64,000 nt of DNA from Pedobacter sp. (lineage in GTDB: Bacteria > Bacteroidota > Bacteroidia > Sphingobacteriales > Sphingobacteriaceae), in the NCBI GenBank assembly GCA_036399495.1, contig DASWMZ010000159.1, positions 30,310 through 94,309 of the forward strand. Direction: 5' to 3'. Shown here in pieces: positions 29,915 to 40,455 of the stretch (positions within the stretch are counted from its first letter, which is position 1; each line of letters begins with the position of its first letter). The notes beneath the pieces are model-generated. The model did no database searches, was not told where the DNA came from, and worked only from the letters and a program-made list of their open reading frames with translations. The translations under genes were made by a program, and so were the position numbers.

Positions 29915-32086
29915 TCACAATTTTAGTTTCAATCCCCCATTAATAACAAACCCATCTAAAGGAGCATAGATATCGTTAAAAATCGGATTTGTTATATTTC
30001 CGGAATAGATACTTCCAAATTTCGTTTGCCTGGTATCAAAAAAGTTTTCAAAATTAATATAGATAGAAAATCTCTCCCACAAGCGTTCTGCCATAAAACC
30101 TGTAGTCCAGTAAGCTCTTCCTGTGTCACCATTATTCAAGTTCTGCCGACTGAAATGATAAGCTTCAAGGCCTATTTTCCATTTCTCCTCCACTTCATAC
30201 ATTAACACCGAGTTGATGCGGTGTTTTGGGGTTAAAGGGTTTGGAGTTGTTGAGCCGCCAACATGTAGCAAAGCATCTGTATAGGTATAACCCAGAAACA
30301 ATTTAAAATCTTCATACCCCAATTTTAAGTTGGTTTCAGTTCCCTTTGTATCAACATGCCCTGACACGTTTTGCAACATATAAGCGCTTTCGCCAGCCGG
30401 AAGCAAGGTCAATGGATTATTTAGATACGTGTAAAAGAAAAGATGGTTGATTGAAAAACTGATTTTATCAGCGATTGATGTTTTATAGTTTACATCCATA
30501 TTTGCACCATAGCTCCGCTCCAGTTTATTGTTGGTGCTGCTGACAGGCAATACGTTCATATATTGTATCCTTTCACTCTCTTCTGTGAAAATGGTTGGAG
30601 TTTTATATCCTAAACCACCTCCAATTCGTGACGACAGTTTATTGCTCATCTTAAAAAGGGCTGAAGCCCGAGGGAGTAAAACGAAGCCATAATCGATTAT
30701 ATAGTCACCTCTTAAGCCGGATTCGAGATCAAGCCAGCTGTTTACTTTTACCGTATTTTGGACAAAAGTCCCGAAAGTGGCTTGATTGTAACTTCTAAGA
30801 AGTGGAGATGCTGAAGGTTGTTCTTTAAAATCATCAGTTAGGAAATTGGCACCAACTACCCATTCAAATTTGTCAGCAGCATAAGCATAATTTACTTCGG
30901 TGAAGGTGCTGTTTTGAACCCCATCGAACTGATAATTTGGTATAGTTATGTCTCTCCCGAAATAACTGTAGCTATTTCTAATGTTCAATTGGCTTTTATC
31001 GTTTAGAACATGAATTAAGTTAAATTGAGAGCTTATACGCTGAGTTTTGTTGCGCTCAAAATAAGTATGATCTACATCTTTATCTCCCTCAATAAATTGA
31101 ATATCGCCACCTATGCGGTTCTCAAAAGCAGTGTTAACACCGAAGTCGATCTTTGTTCTATTGTTTAAGTAGAAATATAGTTTAGGATTGAAGTGATACC
31201 GTTCAAACTTGGGAATGGCGGTCAAGCCGATATCAGCGGGATCGTATGGTGCGTTGCTGTTTCTTGAACCAAATACGGTTAGCCCAATTTTTTCATTCAA
31301 ACGTTCTCCATAGAACCCGTTAATATCTAATCCCGATGCCGACGTTCCATTTAAATGGAACCGCAGTTCTCTTTCATCGGTTGGAGTTTTGGAAATTAAA
31401 TTGACTAGACCCGCGATGGCTCCTCCTCCATATAAAGTGGATGCCGATCCTTTAATTATTTCCACTTGTTTCAAATCAAGTGGAGGTGTTTGGAGCAAGC
31501 CTAATCCGCTGGATGCACTGGTATATAATGGAAACCCATCTTTTAATATTTGAGTATATCGTCCGTCTAATCCCTGAATCCGGATAGATGCATTTGCAGA
31601 TGTTGCAGATGTTTGCTGGGTTTGAATACCCGTACTTTCACTTAACATCATCCGGATATCGCCCGGCTTCATGTTTGCCTTTTCTTCTAATTCCTCGCCG
31701 GCAATAAACTCAACCCTCGATGGAATATTTTCAAACGTGCGAGAACTGCGTGTTGAAGTAATTACCACTACTTCCATCTCCTCTGATGAAGGGGTCAATG
31801 CGACTTCAATAGTATCTTGTTGCAATGGAAAAACCAGGGTATCAATCCGAATCTCATAACCAAGACTTTTAAAACTAATTATCTGCCTGCCACTTGGGAT
31901 GTTGCTGATTTGAATGTATCCACTTTCGTTAGAAGTGCCTGTTAGACCTAATGCTAGCACCTTCACAGATGCGCCTTTTATAGGCTCGCTTGTACTGCTG
32001 TCTTTAATGAGAGCCTTGTATGCATTTTGGCTGTATGCTGAAAGTGAAACCAAAAAGAAAGAAAACAGAATATAAAAGAATTTCAT
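29915..32086 (-). CDS. TonB-dependent outer-membrane receptor with an N-terminal carboxypeptidase-regulatory-like domain
   Basis: Signal peptide, CarbopepD_reg-like IKDSSTSEPIKGASVKV, plug (VEIIKGSASTLYGGGAIAGLVNLI), and a beta-barrel ending in an aromatic-rich C-terminus. Confidence 0.88.
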   Translation of the reverse strand: MKFFYILFSFFLVSLSAYSQNAYKALIKDSSTSEPIKGASVKVLALGLTGTSNESGYIQISNIPSGRQIISFKSLGYEIRIDTLVFPLQQDTIEVALTPSSEEMEVVVITSTRSSRTFENIPSRVEFIAGEELEEKANMKPGDIRMMLSESTGIQTQQTSATSANASIRIQGLDGRYTQILKDGFPLYTSASSGLGLLQTPPLDLKQVEIIKGSASTLYGGGAIAGLVNLISKTPTDERELRFHLNGTSASGLDINGFYGERLNEKIGLTVFGSRNSNAPYDPADIGLTAIPKFERYHFNPKLYFYLNNRTKIDFGVNTAFENRIGGDIQFIEGDKDVDHTYFERNKTQRISSQFNLIHVLNDKSQLNIRNSYSYFGRDITIPNYQFDGVQNSTFTEVNYAYAADKFEWVVGANFLTDDFKEQPSASPLLRSYNQATFGTFVQNTVKVNSWLDLESGLRGDYIIDYGFVLLPRASALFKMSNKLSSRIGGGLGYKTPTIFTEESERIQYMNVLPVSSTNNKLERSYGANMDVNYKTSIADKISFSINHLFFYTYLNNPLTLLPAGESAYMLQNVSGHVDTKGTETNLKLGYEDFKLFLGYTYTDALLHVGGSTTPNPLTPKHRINSVLMYEVEEKWKIGLEAYHFSRQNLNNGDTGRAYWTTGFMAERLWERFSIYINFENFFDTRQTKFGSIYSGNITNPIFNDIYAPLDGFVINGGLKLKL

Positions 32087-32198
32087 GTGAGAGCAGTTAT
32101 TAAGAATCTTTGTTAACCTTTACGAATAATCGATGTTATGAATAAATTAACAGTGTAATTATTCACAACGATTAAAACTATAATTTAAGACTAATACT

Positions 32199-32426
32199 AT
32201 GAAAAAGTTCCTTTTAATATTATCCTTTATGGCAAGTATCGCTGTTGTGTCTTGTAACGGCAGTGGTTCACCTGAAGAAACAGATGATAAAGATTCGATT
32301 GATGCAGCACAGTCTGCAGATTCAATGCTTCAAAATCAGCTTAATTCCGATACATCAATGAATACGGATAGTACTGTCGACAACATGCCAACCGATTCGA
32401 TGCGAAAAAATTTGAAACAGCAATAA
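32199..32426 (+). CDS. small acidic Ser/Asp/Thr-rich lipoprotein
   Basis: Signal peptide with lipobox (IAVVSCNG). The remainder is low-complexity and acidic. Confidence 0.5.
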   Translation: MKKFLLILSFMASIAVVSCNGSGSPEETDDKDSIDAAQSADSMLQNQLNSDTSMNTDSTVDNMPTDSMRKNLKQQ

Positions 32427-32429
32427 ATT

Positions 32430-34040
32430 TTAAGGTTGCTTCAATTCCTGAAGCGACCTTGCTATTGCCTTATCATTTGCATTCTGTACTCTAAAGTAAC
32501 CCTCATCATCAAAAAATACTCTGGCGAGGGAAGCTTTTAAATCCTGATTAATAGCCAGCCTGGCTTCTTTTTTTGAAGAAGCCGTGGCTCTAACGCCACT
32601 CTTTTCAGATATAGTGATCAGGCTGTGGTATTGGTCATCACTTAAAATGAAATCATTTTCGATTTGCTTAAGCGACGCTGGTTTATATTCTTTCAAAAGG
32701 TTGCGAAACATAAATTCTGTTAAAATCCCTCTGGCTCGTAAAGCATAATAGAAAGAATTATAAGAAGTGGTATCCGCCGGTATGTAAACATCAGGCATAA
32801 TTCCTCCTCCCCCATATAAAGTACGCCCGGTTGATGTTTTATAAGAAAACTTTTTATCAAAAATGCTATCCTTCACTGTACCATCACTAGTTACTTCCGG
32901 ACTTTCATGTCGTTTAGCTTCTTCAAAATACTCCTCGGATGACATTTTATATGGCCTCTGAATCGACCTCCCCAAAGGAGTATAATACCGCGCAATAGTT
33001 AAATTAAGTGCAGAACCATCTCCAAAATTAAACTGCTCTTGTACAAGTCCCTTACCAAAAGACCGGCGACCAATCACTATGCCTCTATCCAGATCCTGGA
33101 TAGCTCCAGCGACAATTTCACTAGCAGAAGCCGTAGTCTCATCTACTAATAAAACCAGTTTTCCCTGCTCAAACTTGCCGCTCCCGGTAGCAAAATAATC
33201 TGTACGCGGTTCATGTTCGCCTTGAGTATAAACAATCAATTGTTTGTCTGGTAAAAACTCATCGGCCAAAGCCGTAGCAGCACTTAAATACCCGCCGCCG
33301 TTATGGCGCAAATCGAGTATCAGGCTTTTCATATGGTGATGTTTTAAACGGTTGATTTCCGAGGCAAAATCTTCATCTGTACGCGCGCCAAACTTGCTTA
33401 TTTTAATATAACCCACAGTAGGCGTTATCATATAAGATGCGTCAACACTGCTCACGGTAATTTTATCGCGATTAACAGAAACTAATTGTTCCTTTAAATT
33501 ATCACGCTTTTTGATTATTAATTTTACAGGTGTACCAATTCTGCCTTTGATCATAGATACAATATTGGCCCGGGATACTCCGTTTCCGGCAACATTCTTA
33601 TCATCTACCCTTAAAATCCGATCACCCGGCGCAATACCAGCTTTGGCCGCAGGTCCATTCTTTACAGAAGTAACCAGGATAGTATCGTTTATCAAAATAT
33701 ATTCGATGCCAATTCCCGTATAGTTACCCTCGAGGCTTTGCGACTGTTCCATTGCCTTAACGGGCGGCAAGTAAGAAGAATGCGGGTCAAGGTGTGAAAG
33801 TATGTTGTCGATCCCTAAATTCTGCAGCGTATCAACCTTTACCGGATCAACATAATTTTCCTTGATAATCTCAAGAACCTGATCCACTTTTTCGGCTTTA
33901 CCGGATAAAAAAGACAAGTAATTCCCTGAACTGGCAGAGCTGTTTTCATGTCCGAATTTTGGACCAACAGCCATACCCAGGGCAAGAATTCCGGCATAGC
34001 AGGAGGCAACTAATAAATTACTTTTGGTGGATGATTGCAT
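32430..34040 (-). CDS. ctp: S41 family C-terminal processing (tail-specific) peptidase
   Basis: PDZ (GPAAKAGIAPGDRILRVDD). Catalytic blocks LVDETTASASEIVAGAIQD and SFGKGLVQ. Confidence 0.9.
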   Translation of the reverse strand: MQSSTKSNLLVASCYAGILALGMAVGPKFGHENSSASSGNYLSFLSGKAEKVDQVLEIIKENYVDPVKVDTLQNLGIDNILSHLDPHSSYLPPVKAMEQSQSLEGNYTGIGIEYILINDTILVTSVKNGPAAKAGIAPGDRILRVDDKNVAGNGVSRANIVSMIKGRIGTPVKLIIKKRDNLKEQLVSVNRDKITVSSVDASYMITPTVGYIKISKFGARTDEDFASEINRLKHHHMKSLILDLRHNGGGYLSAATALADEFLPDKQLIVYTQGEHEPRTDYFATGSGKFEQGKLVLLVDETTASASEIVAGAIQDLDRGIVIGRRSFGKGLVQEQFNFGDGSALNLTIARYYTPLGRSIQRPYKMSSEEYFEEAKRHESPEVTSDGTVKDSIFDKKFSYKTSTGRTLYGGGGIMPDVYIPADTTSYNSFYYALRARGILTEFMFRNLLKEYKPASLKQIENDFILSDDQYHSLITISEKSGVRATASSKKEARLAINQDLKASLARVFFDDEGYFRVQNANDKAIARSLQELKQP

Positions 34041-34151
34041 GGATTAAGAGCGGCCTAAAAATAGCTATTCACTGGCAGATAAGTCAGTTTAAAATTGTCA
34101 CAAAAAAGCTTTTTTTAGCTCAATTCCTGAATATATTCCGACCTTTAAATT

Positions 34152-34976
34152 ATGAACAGAACGACTGAACAAGACTCTGCATATACAGATCTTGAAAAAA
34201 AATCGGTGACTGAGTTACTGCAGGGTATAAACAATGAAGATAAAACGGTGCCTTATGCAATAGAAAAAGCATTACCTCAAATAGAATTACTTGTTAATGC
34301 AATAGTTGCGAAAATGAAATTGGGTGGCCGCCTGTTTTATATCGGCGCCGGAACCAGCGGACGACTGGGAATTGTAGATGCGTCTGAATGCCCTCCCACT
34401 TACGGTGTGCCGCACGATTGGGTGATCGGTATTATTGCAGGCGGAGATTCGGCTATACGAAAAGCGGTTGAATTTGCGGAAGACGATACAGAGCAGGCAT
34501 GGAAAGACCTAACACAGTATTCGATATCAGCTAAAGATGTTTTAGTCGGAATTGCGGCATCGGGGTCTACGCCTTACGTAGTCGGAGGATTGAAAAAAGC
34601 AAACGAGAAAGGTATTATTACAGGATGCGTCGTTTGCAACACAGGTAGTCCGGTTGCCGTAGAAGCAAAACACCCGGTAGAAGTTGTGGTAGGCCCGGAA
34701 TTTGTTACAGGTTCTACCAGAATGAAATCAGGCACCGCTCAAAAACTGGTATTAAACATGATCAGTACTACGGTTATGATTCAGTTGGGCAGAGTGAAAG
34801 GAAATAAGATGTTTGATATGCAGTTGAGCAACAATAAACTGGTTCAACGAGCCGTAAATATGGTTGTTGAAGCGACCGGGCTCGATGAACAATCGGCACA
34901 AAAACTGCTTGATGAACATGGCAATGTGAGGGAAGCTGTTGAAAATTCCCTTAGATCCCTAAAAAAGGGAACTTAG
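34152..34976 (+). CDS. murQ: N-acetylmuramic acid 6-phosphate etherase
   Basis: SIS domain blocks LFYIGAGTSGRLGIVDASECPPTYG and GSTRMKSGTAQK. Confidence 0.92.
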   Translation: MNRTTEQDSAYTDLEKKSVTELLQGINNEDKTVPYAIEKALPQIELLVNAIVAKMKLGGRLFYIGAGTSGRLGIVDASECPPTYGVPHDWVIGIIAGGDSAIRKAVEFAEDDTEQAWKDLTQYSISAKDVLVGIAASGSTPYVVGGLKKANEKGIITGCVVCNTGSPVAVEAKHPVEVVVGPEFVTGSTRMKSGTAQKLVLNMISTTVMIQLGRVKGNKMFDMQLSNNKLVQRAVNMVVEATGLDEQSAQKLLDEHGNVREAVENSLRSLKKGT

Positions 34977-35016
34977 AAAACGAATAAAACTCTCCCATTA
35001 GGGAGTTGGAGGGCAA

Positions 35017-35583
35017 ATGCACGAAATAGAACCTTTTTATCGCTGGCGCGATGATTATGTAGCAGCGGAAGATAATCGATCGCCATTTTTTGAGACGGAG
35101 TATAGTGAGTTTGAATTCGATAAAAAGATCTACAATTACTATATCCACCCTCAGTGGGATGCTTTCGGATCACAAACATTATACTTAAAGGCGCTTTTTG
35201 TTGATTATGATAAACGATTCGCCATCCTTGAATTTATCGGGGAGTGGAATGATGCCATTTATAATGATATCATGCTATTAAAACGCGAGATCCTTGAAAT
35301 CATGGTTGACGAAGGTGTTAATAAATTTATACTGGTAGGAGAAAACGTTTTAAACTTTCACTCGTCAGATGATTCTTATTATGAAGAATGGTTTCAGGAT
35401 GTGGAAGATGGATGGATTGCCGGAGTGAACTTCAGGGAACACGTGATTGACGAATTCAAAAGAAACAATATCGATTATTACATCAATTTTGGAGGTGAGC
35501 TCGATAGTATCTCCTGGCGAACATTGAAACCAATCCAATTCTTCAAAAAAGTTGAGGAGCAACTGCAGAAGCGTCTAAGCTAA
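35017..35583 (+). CDS. conserved-looking acidic hypothetical protein
   Basis: Clean 188-aa ORF with normal codon texture and no recognisable motif. Confidence 0.6.
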   Translation: MHEIEPFYRWRDDYVAAEDNRSPFFETEYSEFEFDKKIYNYYIHPQWDAFGSQTLYLKALFVDYDKRFAILEFIGEWNDAIYNDIMLLKREILEIMVDEGVNKFILVGENVLNFHSSDDSYYEEWFQDVEDGWIAGVNFREHVIDEFKRNNIDYYINFGGELDSISWRTLKPIQFFKKVEEQLQKRLS

Positions 35584-35656
35584 TTGCTACCTACCGCAAC
35601 CCTAAACCATTTTTTTGAATAAAATACAAATCGTATCTTTAAAAAAATATCTAAAC

Positions 35657-36391
35657 ATGTCAGATCAAAATTCTTTCAACTTTGGCGGAAGCCCGGCAAT
35701 ACAACAAGAAACCGGCATCACTTCCAAAAACTTTTTACCTAATGTTTTCTTGTGGATGTTTGTTGCGCTGGGTATTTCAGCAGCTACTACTTACTTATTC
35801 TCTACGGACACCACCCTACTGGGATATCTTGTGAATGCTGAAACCGGTGGCATAACTGGGCTTGGTACCGCAGCAAGATTTGCACCCTTAGCCTTTGTTT
35901 TAATATTATCATTCGGCATGAACCGCCTATCATTTCCGGTGGTCGCGTTGCTTTATGTCTTATTCGCAGCAGTAATGGGTATCAGCATCAGCTTTAACCT
36001 TATGATCTACAGCAGCGCGTCTGTACTAGGTTGCTTTTTATCTGCTTCAGCATTATTTGCGGTGATGGCAATTGCAGGTTACACAACTAATCAGGATCTC
36101 ACTAAGTTCGGTTCATTATTAATGATGTTCTTAATAGGAATTGTGATCGCAAGTATCATTAACTGGTTTTTGCAAAGTAGTCAGCTTGACTATATAATAA
36201 GCTGTATTGGTGTCGCTGTGTTTATCGGGTTAACCGCGTATGATGTTCAGCGTTTAAAGCGAATTGGCGCAGGGATAGAATACGGAGATGCTTCAGCGAA
36301 TAAGATGGTAATTATGGGAGCATTATCGTTGTACCTTGATTTTATAAACCTGTTTTTAATGCTCCTAAGAGTTTTCGGAAGCAGAAAATAA
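35657..36391 (+). CDS. Bax inhibitor-1/YccA family membrane protein
   Basis: Seven hydrophobic segments and the family-typical C-terminal LYLDFINLFLMLLRVFG. The start was set at the ATG at 35657 rather than the TTG at 35615. Confidence 0.85.
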   Translation: MSDQNSFNFGGSPAIQQETGITSKNFLPNVFLWMFVALGISAATTYLFSTDTTLLGYLVNAETGGITGLGTAARFAPLAFVLILSFGMNRLSFPVVALLYVLFAAVMGISISFNLMIYSSASVLGCFLSASALFAVMAIAGYTTNQDLTKFGSLLMMFLIGIVIASIINWFLQSSQLDYIISCIGVAVFIGLTAYDVQRLKRIGAGIEYGDASANKMVIMGALSLYLDFINLFLMLLRVFGSRK

Positions 36392-36412
36392 TCTTGCCGA
36401 CAAACGAATAAT

Positions 36413-36446
36413 AAGGGGATGTAGGTAACTGCGTCCCCTTTAAGTT
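36413..36446 (+). terminator. probable terminator after the BI-1 gene
   Basis: AAGGGGA...TCCCCTT hairpin followed by TAAGTTT. Confidence 0.45.
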
Positions 36447-36481
36447 TGCATTTAATTGAATTTTGATGCATTTTTGCATTG

Positions 36482-36588
36482 CTTATTCAGAAAGACGGAG
36501 GGATTAGACCCTGCGAAGTCTTAGCAACCTGTACTTACAAGGTGCTAAATTCTAACTGATTCCGGACTTTAGGATGAAGAAAGATAAG
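36482..36588 (+). promoter_or_regulatory. SAM-I (S-box) riboswitch aptamer in the metH leader
   Basis: CTTATTCAGAAAGACGGAGGGATTAGACCCTGCGAAGTCTTAGCAACC...AGGTGCTAAATTCTAAC...GAAGAAAGATAAG. This matches the conserved SAM-I core: P1 CTTAT/ATAAG, GGAGGGA...CCC, GCAACC and GGTGCTAAAT. Confidence 0.85.
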
Positions 36589-36633
36589 TGAATTCAAATC
36601 AGGACACCTGAATTTCAAAGATAAGCTTAAGAA

Positions 36634-36665
36634 GAGATATGAGATGCGAGATGCGAGATATGAGG
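36634..36665 (+). repeat. tandem heptamer tract GAGATAT-GAGATGC-GAGATGC-GAGATAT-GAGG in the metH leader
   Basis: Read directly from the sequence. Complementary CCTCACATCT and TCTCAAATCTCGC segments lie at 36687-36717, just before the metH ATG. Confidence 0.8.
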
Positions 36666-36724
36666 ACTTTTATGAGTCTTACCCATTCTCAAATCTCGCT
36701 TCTTAAACCTCACATCTAAGAAAC

Positions 36725-39700
36725 ATGAGCATTAGAGAAGAATTAAAGAAACGTATTTTAGTTATAGACGGTGCAATGGGCACCATGATCCAACGCTACC
36801 AGCTAACAGAGGAAGATTTCCGCGGTGAACGCTTCAAGGATCACCCTTGTGATGTTCGGGGAAACAACGACCTCCTGAACATCACTAGACCTGACGTTAT
36901 AAAAGCAATTCACGCAGAATATTTAAGTGCTGGCGCCGACATTATAGAAACCAACACCTTCAGTACTCAGCGTATTTCCATGGCAGATTACCAGATGGAA
37001 GACTTGTCGTACGAGATGAGCTACGAAGGTGCCCGTATCGCTAAAGAAGTCGCTGCAGAATTTACTGCTAAAAATCCTGATAAGCCTCGGTTTGTGGCCG
37101 GCGCTTTAGGCCCAACAACTAAAATGGCTTCAATGTCGCCTGACGTAAACGACCCGGGTTACCGCGCGGTTACGTTCGATGAACTTGTTGATGCTTATTA
37201 CGAGCAAATCAAGGGTTTGATTGATGGAGGTGCGGATGTTCTTCTCTTCGAGACGATCACCGATACATTAATCACGAAAGCGGCTTTATTTGCAGCAAAA
37301 AACTATGAAAACGAAATAGGTCGTAAGATTGAGATTATGATTTCCGGCACCATTACGGATGCCAGCGGGCGTACTCTATCGGGCCAAACCGTCGAAGCCT
37401 TTTTAAACTCTTTATCACACGCAAACCTTTTAAGCATTGGCTTAAACTGCGCTTTGGGTGCTAAAGATATGAGGCCGCATATCGAGGAGTTATCTCAAAA
37501 GGCTTCTTGTTATATTTCTGCATATCCTAACGCGGGCCTTCCGAATGAATTTGGTGCTTATGATGAGGTGCCTCACGAAACCGCCCACTTGGTAGAAGAT
37601 TTCATCAAAAATGGCTTTGTAAATATCGTTGGCGGATGTTGCGGTACAACTCCTGAACATATCAAATGCATCGCCGAAAAGGCTGGCAAATACGCACCAA
37701 GAGTTCCGGTAACGCCCGAGCCTTATTTACGCTTAAGCGGATTGGAGCCGGTAACCTTAACTCCTGAAACGAACTTTGTGAATATTGGCGAGCGCACGAA
37801 CGTAACCGGTTCGCCTAAATTTTCGAAGCTTATTTTGGGTGGAGATTTTGAAGGAGCCTTAACTGTTGCACGTCAGCAGGTTGAAGGCGGTGCCCAAATC
37901 ATCGATGTGAACATGGATGAAGGGATGCTTGATTCGGAAGCTTCGATGACTAAATTCCTTAATCTTATTGCTTCCGAGCCGGATATTGCCAAGCTTCCAA
38001 TCATGGTCGATTCGTCTAAATGGACTGTAATCGAAACCGGATTGAAGTGCTTACAAGGAAAAGGAGTAGTTAACTCAATATCGCTTAAAGAAGGCGAAGA
38101 AAAGTTCAAGGAATACGCTCGCAAGATAAAGCAATACGGCGCAGCGGTAGTTGTGATGGCTTTCGATGAAAGTGGTCAGGCTGATTCGTATGAGCGCAGA
38201 ATTGAGATTTGCAAAAAGTCGTATGCTATTTTGGTTAACGAAGTCAACTTCCCACCTCAAGACATCATCTTCGACCCTAATATTTTAACGGTTGCCACCG
38301 GATTAGAAGAACATAATAACTATGCGGTGGACTTCATCAACGCTACACGGTGGATAAAGGAAAACCTTCCGCTGGCTAAAGTGAGTGGTGGTGTTTCCAA
38401 TATTTCATTCTCCTTCCGTGGAAATAACACGGTTCGCGAAGCAATGCATTCTGCATTCCTGTACCACGCTATCAAGGCAGGTCTGGATATGGGAATCGTA
38501 AACGCCGGCATGCTTGAGGTCTATGAAGAAATCCCGAAAGACCTTTTGGAACTCGTTGAAGATGTGCTTCTAAACCGTCGCCCGGACGCTACTGAGCGCT
38601 TGGTTGAGTTTGCTGATACGATTAAAACACAAGGCAAAGTTGTAGTAAGAGACGAACAATGGCGCAACGAAAGTGTAGAAAGCCGATTATCTCACTCCTT
38701 GATAAAAGGCATCATTGAATATTTGGATGATGATGTGGAAGAAGCCCGTCAGAAGTATGCTAAGCCTTTAGAGGTGATTGAAGGTCCCTTAATGGATGGC
38801 ATGGGTATCGTTGGTGACTTGTTCGGCCAGGGGAAGATGTTCCTGCCTCAGGTTGTGAAGTCGGCGCGTGTAATGAAAAAAGCGGTGGCATATCTTTTAC
38901 CGTTTATCGAAGAAGAAAAACGAAACAACGCCGATAGTAATCAGCGGAAGAATGCAGGAAAAGTCTTGCTGGCCACAGTAAAAGGCGATGTGCATGATAT
39001 TGGTAAAAACATTGTGGGCGTAGTGCTTGCATGCAACAACTTCGAGGTATTTGACCTTGGGGTAATGGTACCCGCGCAAAAAATTATTGAGGAAGCAAAA
39101 AGACTTGAAGTTGATATCATTGGCTTAAGCGGATTAATCACTCCATCACTGGATGAGATGGTTCATTTCGCTAAAGAAATGGAGCGCCAGGACTTTAAAA
39201 TCCCTCTAATCATTGGAGGTGCAACTACGTCTCGTATACACGCAGCTGTGAAAATTGCACCTAACTATTCGGGGCCAACCGTGCACGTCTTGGATGCATC
39301 GCGAAGCGTAACCGTGTGCAGCACATTAATGAGCGACGATAATCGTGGAGAATATATCAACCAGATTCGTGGAGAATATGACAAGGCACGTGAAATACAT
39401 TTGAACAAACAGTCAGACAAGCAATTCAAATCTATTGAAGAAGCCCGTCAGAATAAGTTTCAAATCGGATTAAACGGTTCTATTCCTCCGAAACCGGCGT
39501 TCCTTGGCACCAAAGTGTTCGACAACTTCCCTTTAGAAGATTTGGTTCCTTATATCGACTGGACCCCATTTTTCCATACCTGGGAACTTCGAGGAAGCTA
39601 TCCACGAATTTTTGAAGACAAATTCGTGGGAGATGAAGCAAAAAAACTTTTTGAGGATGCGCAGGCATTATTAAATAAAATCATCAGCGAAAAGCTTCTT

Positions 39701-40387
39701 ACTGCAAAAGGTGTAATTGGTTTTTGGCCCGCTAATTCAGTAGGCGATGATATTGTTTTAGATGTAGATGGCTCTACCACGGTAATTCACACCCTCCGCC
39801 AACAGGCAGAGAAAGCAGCAGGCGAACCGTATTACGCTCTGGCGGATTTTGTCGCCCAAAAAGAGACAGGTATCCGGGATTACTTTGGTGGATTCGCGGT
39901 GACTACCGGGATCGGTTGCGACGAACTAGTGGCTCAATACGAAAAAGACCACGATGACTACAATAGCATCATGGTAAAAGCTCTCGCCGACCGTCTAGCT
40001 GAAGCTTTTGCCGAGAAGATGCACGAATTAGTGAGAAAAGATTACTGGGGCTATGCGAAAGACGAGACTTTAAGCAACGAAGACCTTATTAAAGAGAGAT
40101 ACTCTGGTATTCGCCCAGCTCCCGGTTATCCGGCATGCCCGGACCATACCGAGAAAGAGACCTTATTTCAATTGTTGGATGCGGAGGCCAAAACAGGCAT
40201 AAAACTTACCGAAAGCTTCGCCATGTATCCAACAGCTGCGGTTAGTGGCTTCTACTTCGCACATCCGGATTCAAAGTATTTCGGCTTAGGAAAAATTTCT
40301 AAAGACCAGGTTGAAGATTACGCGAAGCGTAAGAAAATGGACCTAGAAGTAGTAGAAAGATGGCTAAGTCCTAATCTGGGATATTAA
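36725..40387 (+). CDS. metH: cobalamin-dependent methionine synthase
   Basis: All four modules are present: Hcy-binding ([11 protein letters not shown]), pterin-binding, B12-binding ([13 protein letters not shown]) and the AdoMet activation domain. Confidence 0.97.
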   Translation: MSIREELKKRILVIDGAMGTMIQRYQLTEEDFRGERFKDHPCDVRGNNDLLNITRPDVIKAIHAEYLSAGADIIETNTFSTQRISMADYQMEDLSYEMSYEGARIAKEVAAEFTAKNPDKPRFVAGALGPTTKMASMSPDVNDPGYRAVTFDELVDAYYEQIKGLIDGGADVLLFETITDTLITKAALFAAKNYENEIGRKIEIMISGTITDASGRTLSGQTVEAFLNSLSHANLLSIGLNCALGAKDMRPHIEELSQKASCYISAYPNAGLPNEFGAYDEVPHETAHLVEDFIKNGFVNIVGGCCGTTPEHIKCIAEKAGKYAPRVPVTPEPYLRLSGLEPVTLTPETNFVNIGERTNVTGSPKFSKLILGGDFEGALTVARQQVEGGAQIIDVNMDEGMLDSEASMTKFLNLIASEPDIAKLPIMVDSSKWTVIETGLKCLQGKGVVNSISLKEGEEKFKEYARKIKQYGAAVVVMAFDESGQADSYERRIEICKKSYAILVNEVNFPPQDIIFDPNILTVATGLEEHNNYAVDFINATRWIKENLPLAKVSGGVSNISFSFRGNNTVREAMHSAFLYHAIKAGLDMGIVNAGMLEVYEEIPKDLLELVEDVLLNRRPDATERLVEFADTIKTQGKVVVRDEQWRNESVESRLSHSLIKGIIEYLDDDVEEARQKYAKPLEVIEGPLMDGMGIVGDLFGQGKMFLPQVVKSARVMKKAVAYLLPFIEEEKRNNADSNQRKNAGKVLLATVKGDVHDIGKNIVGVVLACNNFEVFDLGVMVPAQKIIEEAKRLEVDIIGLSGLITPSLDEMVHFAKEMERQDFKIPLIIGGATTSRIHAAVKIAPNYSGPTVHVLDASRSVTVCSTLMSDDNRGEYINQIRGEYDKAREIHLNKQSDKQFKSIEEARQNKFQIGLNGSIPPKPAFLGTKVFDNFPLEDLVPYIDWTPFFHTWELRGSYPRIFEDKFVGDEAKKLFEDAQALLNKIISEKLLTAKGVIGFWPANSVGDDIVLDVDGSTTVIHTLRQQAEKAAGEPYYALADFVAQKETGIRDYFGGFAVTTGIGCDELVAQYEKDHDDYNSIMVKALADRLAEAFAEKMHELVRKDYWGYAKDETLSNEDLIKERYSGIRPAPGYPACPDHTEKETLFQLLDAEAKTGIKLTESFAMYPTAAVSGFYFAHPDSKYFGLGKISKDQVEDYAKRKKMDLEVVERWLSPNLGY

Positions 40388-40455
40388 CCCTGATCCTTGA
40401 TGGGATTTGATAAATTGACTTAACACGTTAAACTCCGCCTCAGGCGGGTTGCAAA

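Noticed and set aside
32087-32198. Cobalamin or TPP riboswitch upstream of the TonB-dependent receptor at 29915-32086
   Set aside because: The 112-nt AT-rich spacer lacks the conserved B12-box or THI-box elements and is too short.
36634-36665. Possible CRISPR-like or minisatellite array (also checked at 44042-44079)
   Set aside because: The units are only 7 nt and 17 nt, with 2-4 copies, no spacers and no cas genes. These are local leader or spacer repeats, not CRISPR arrays.
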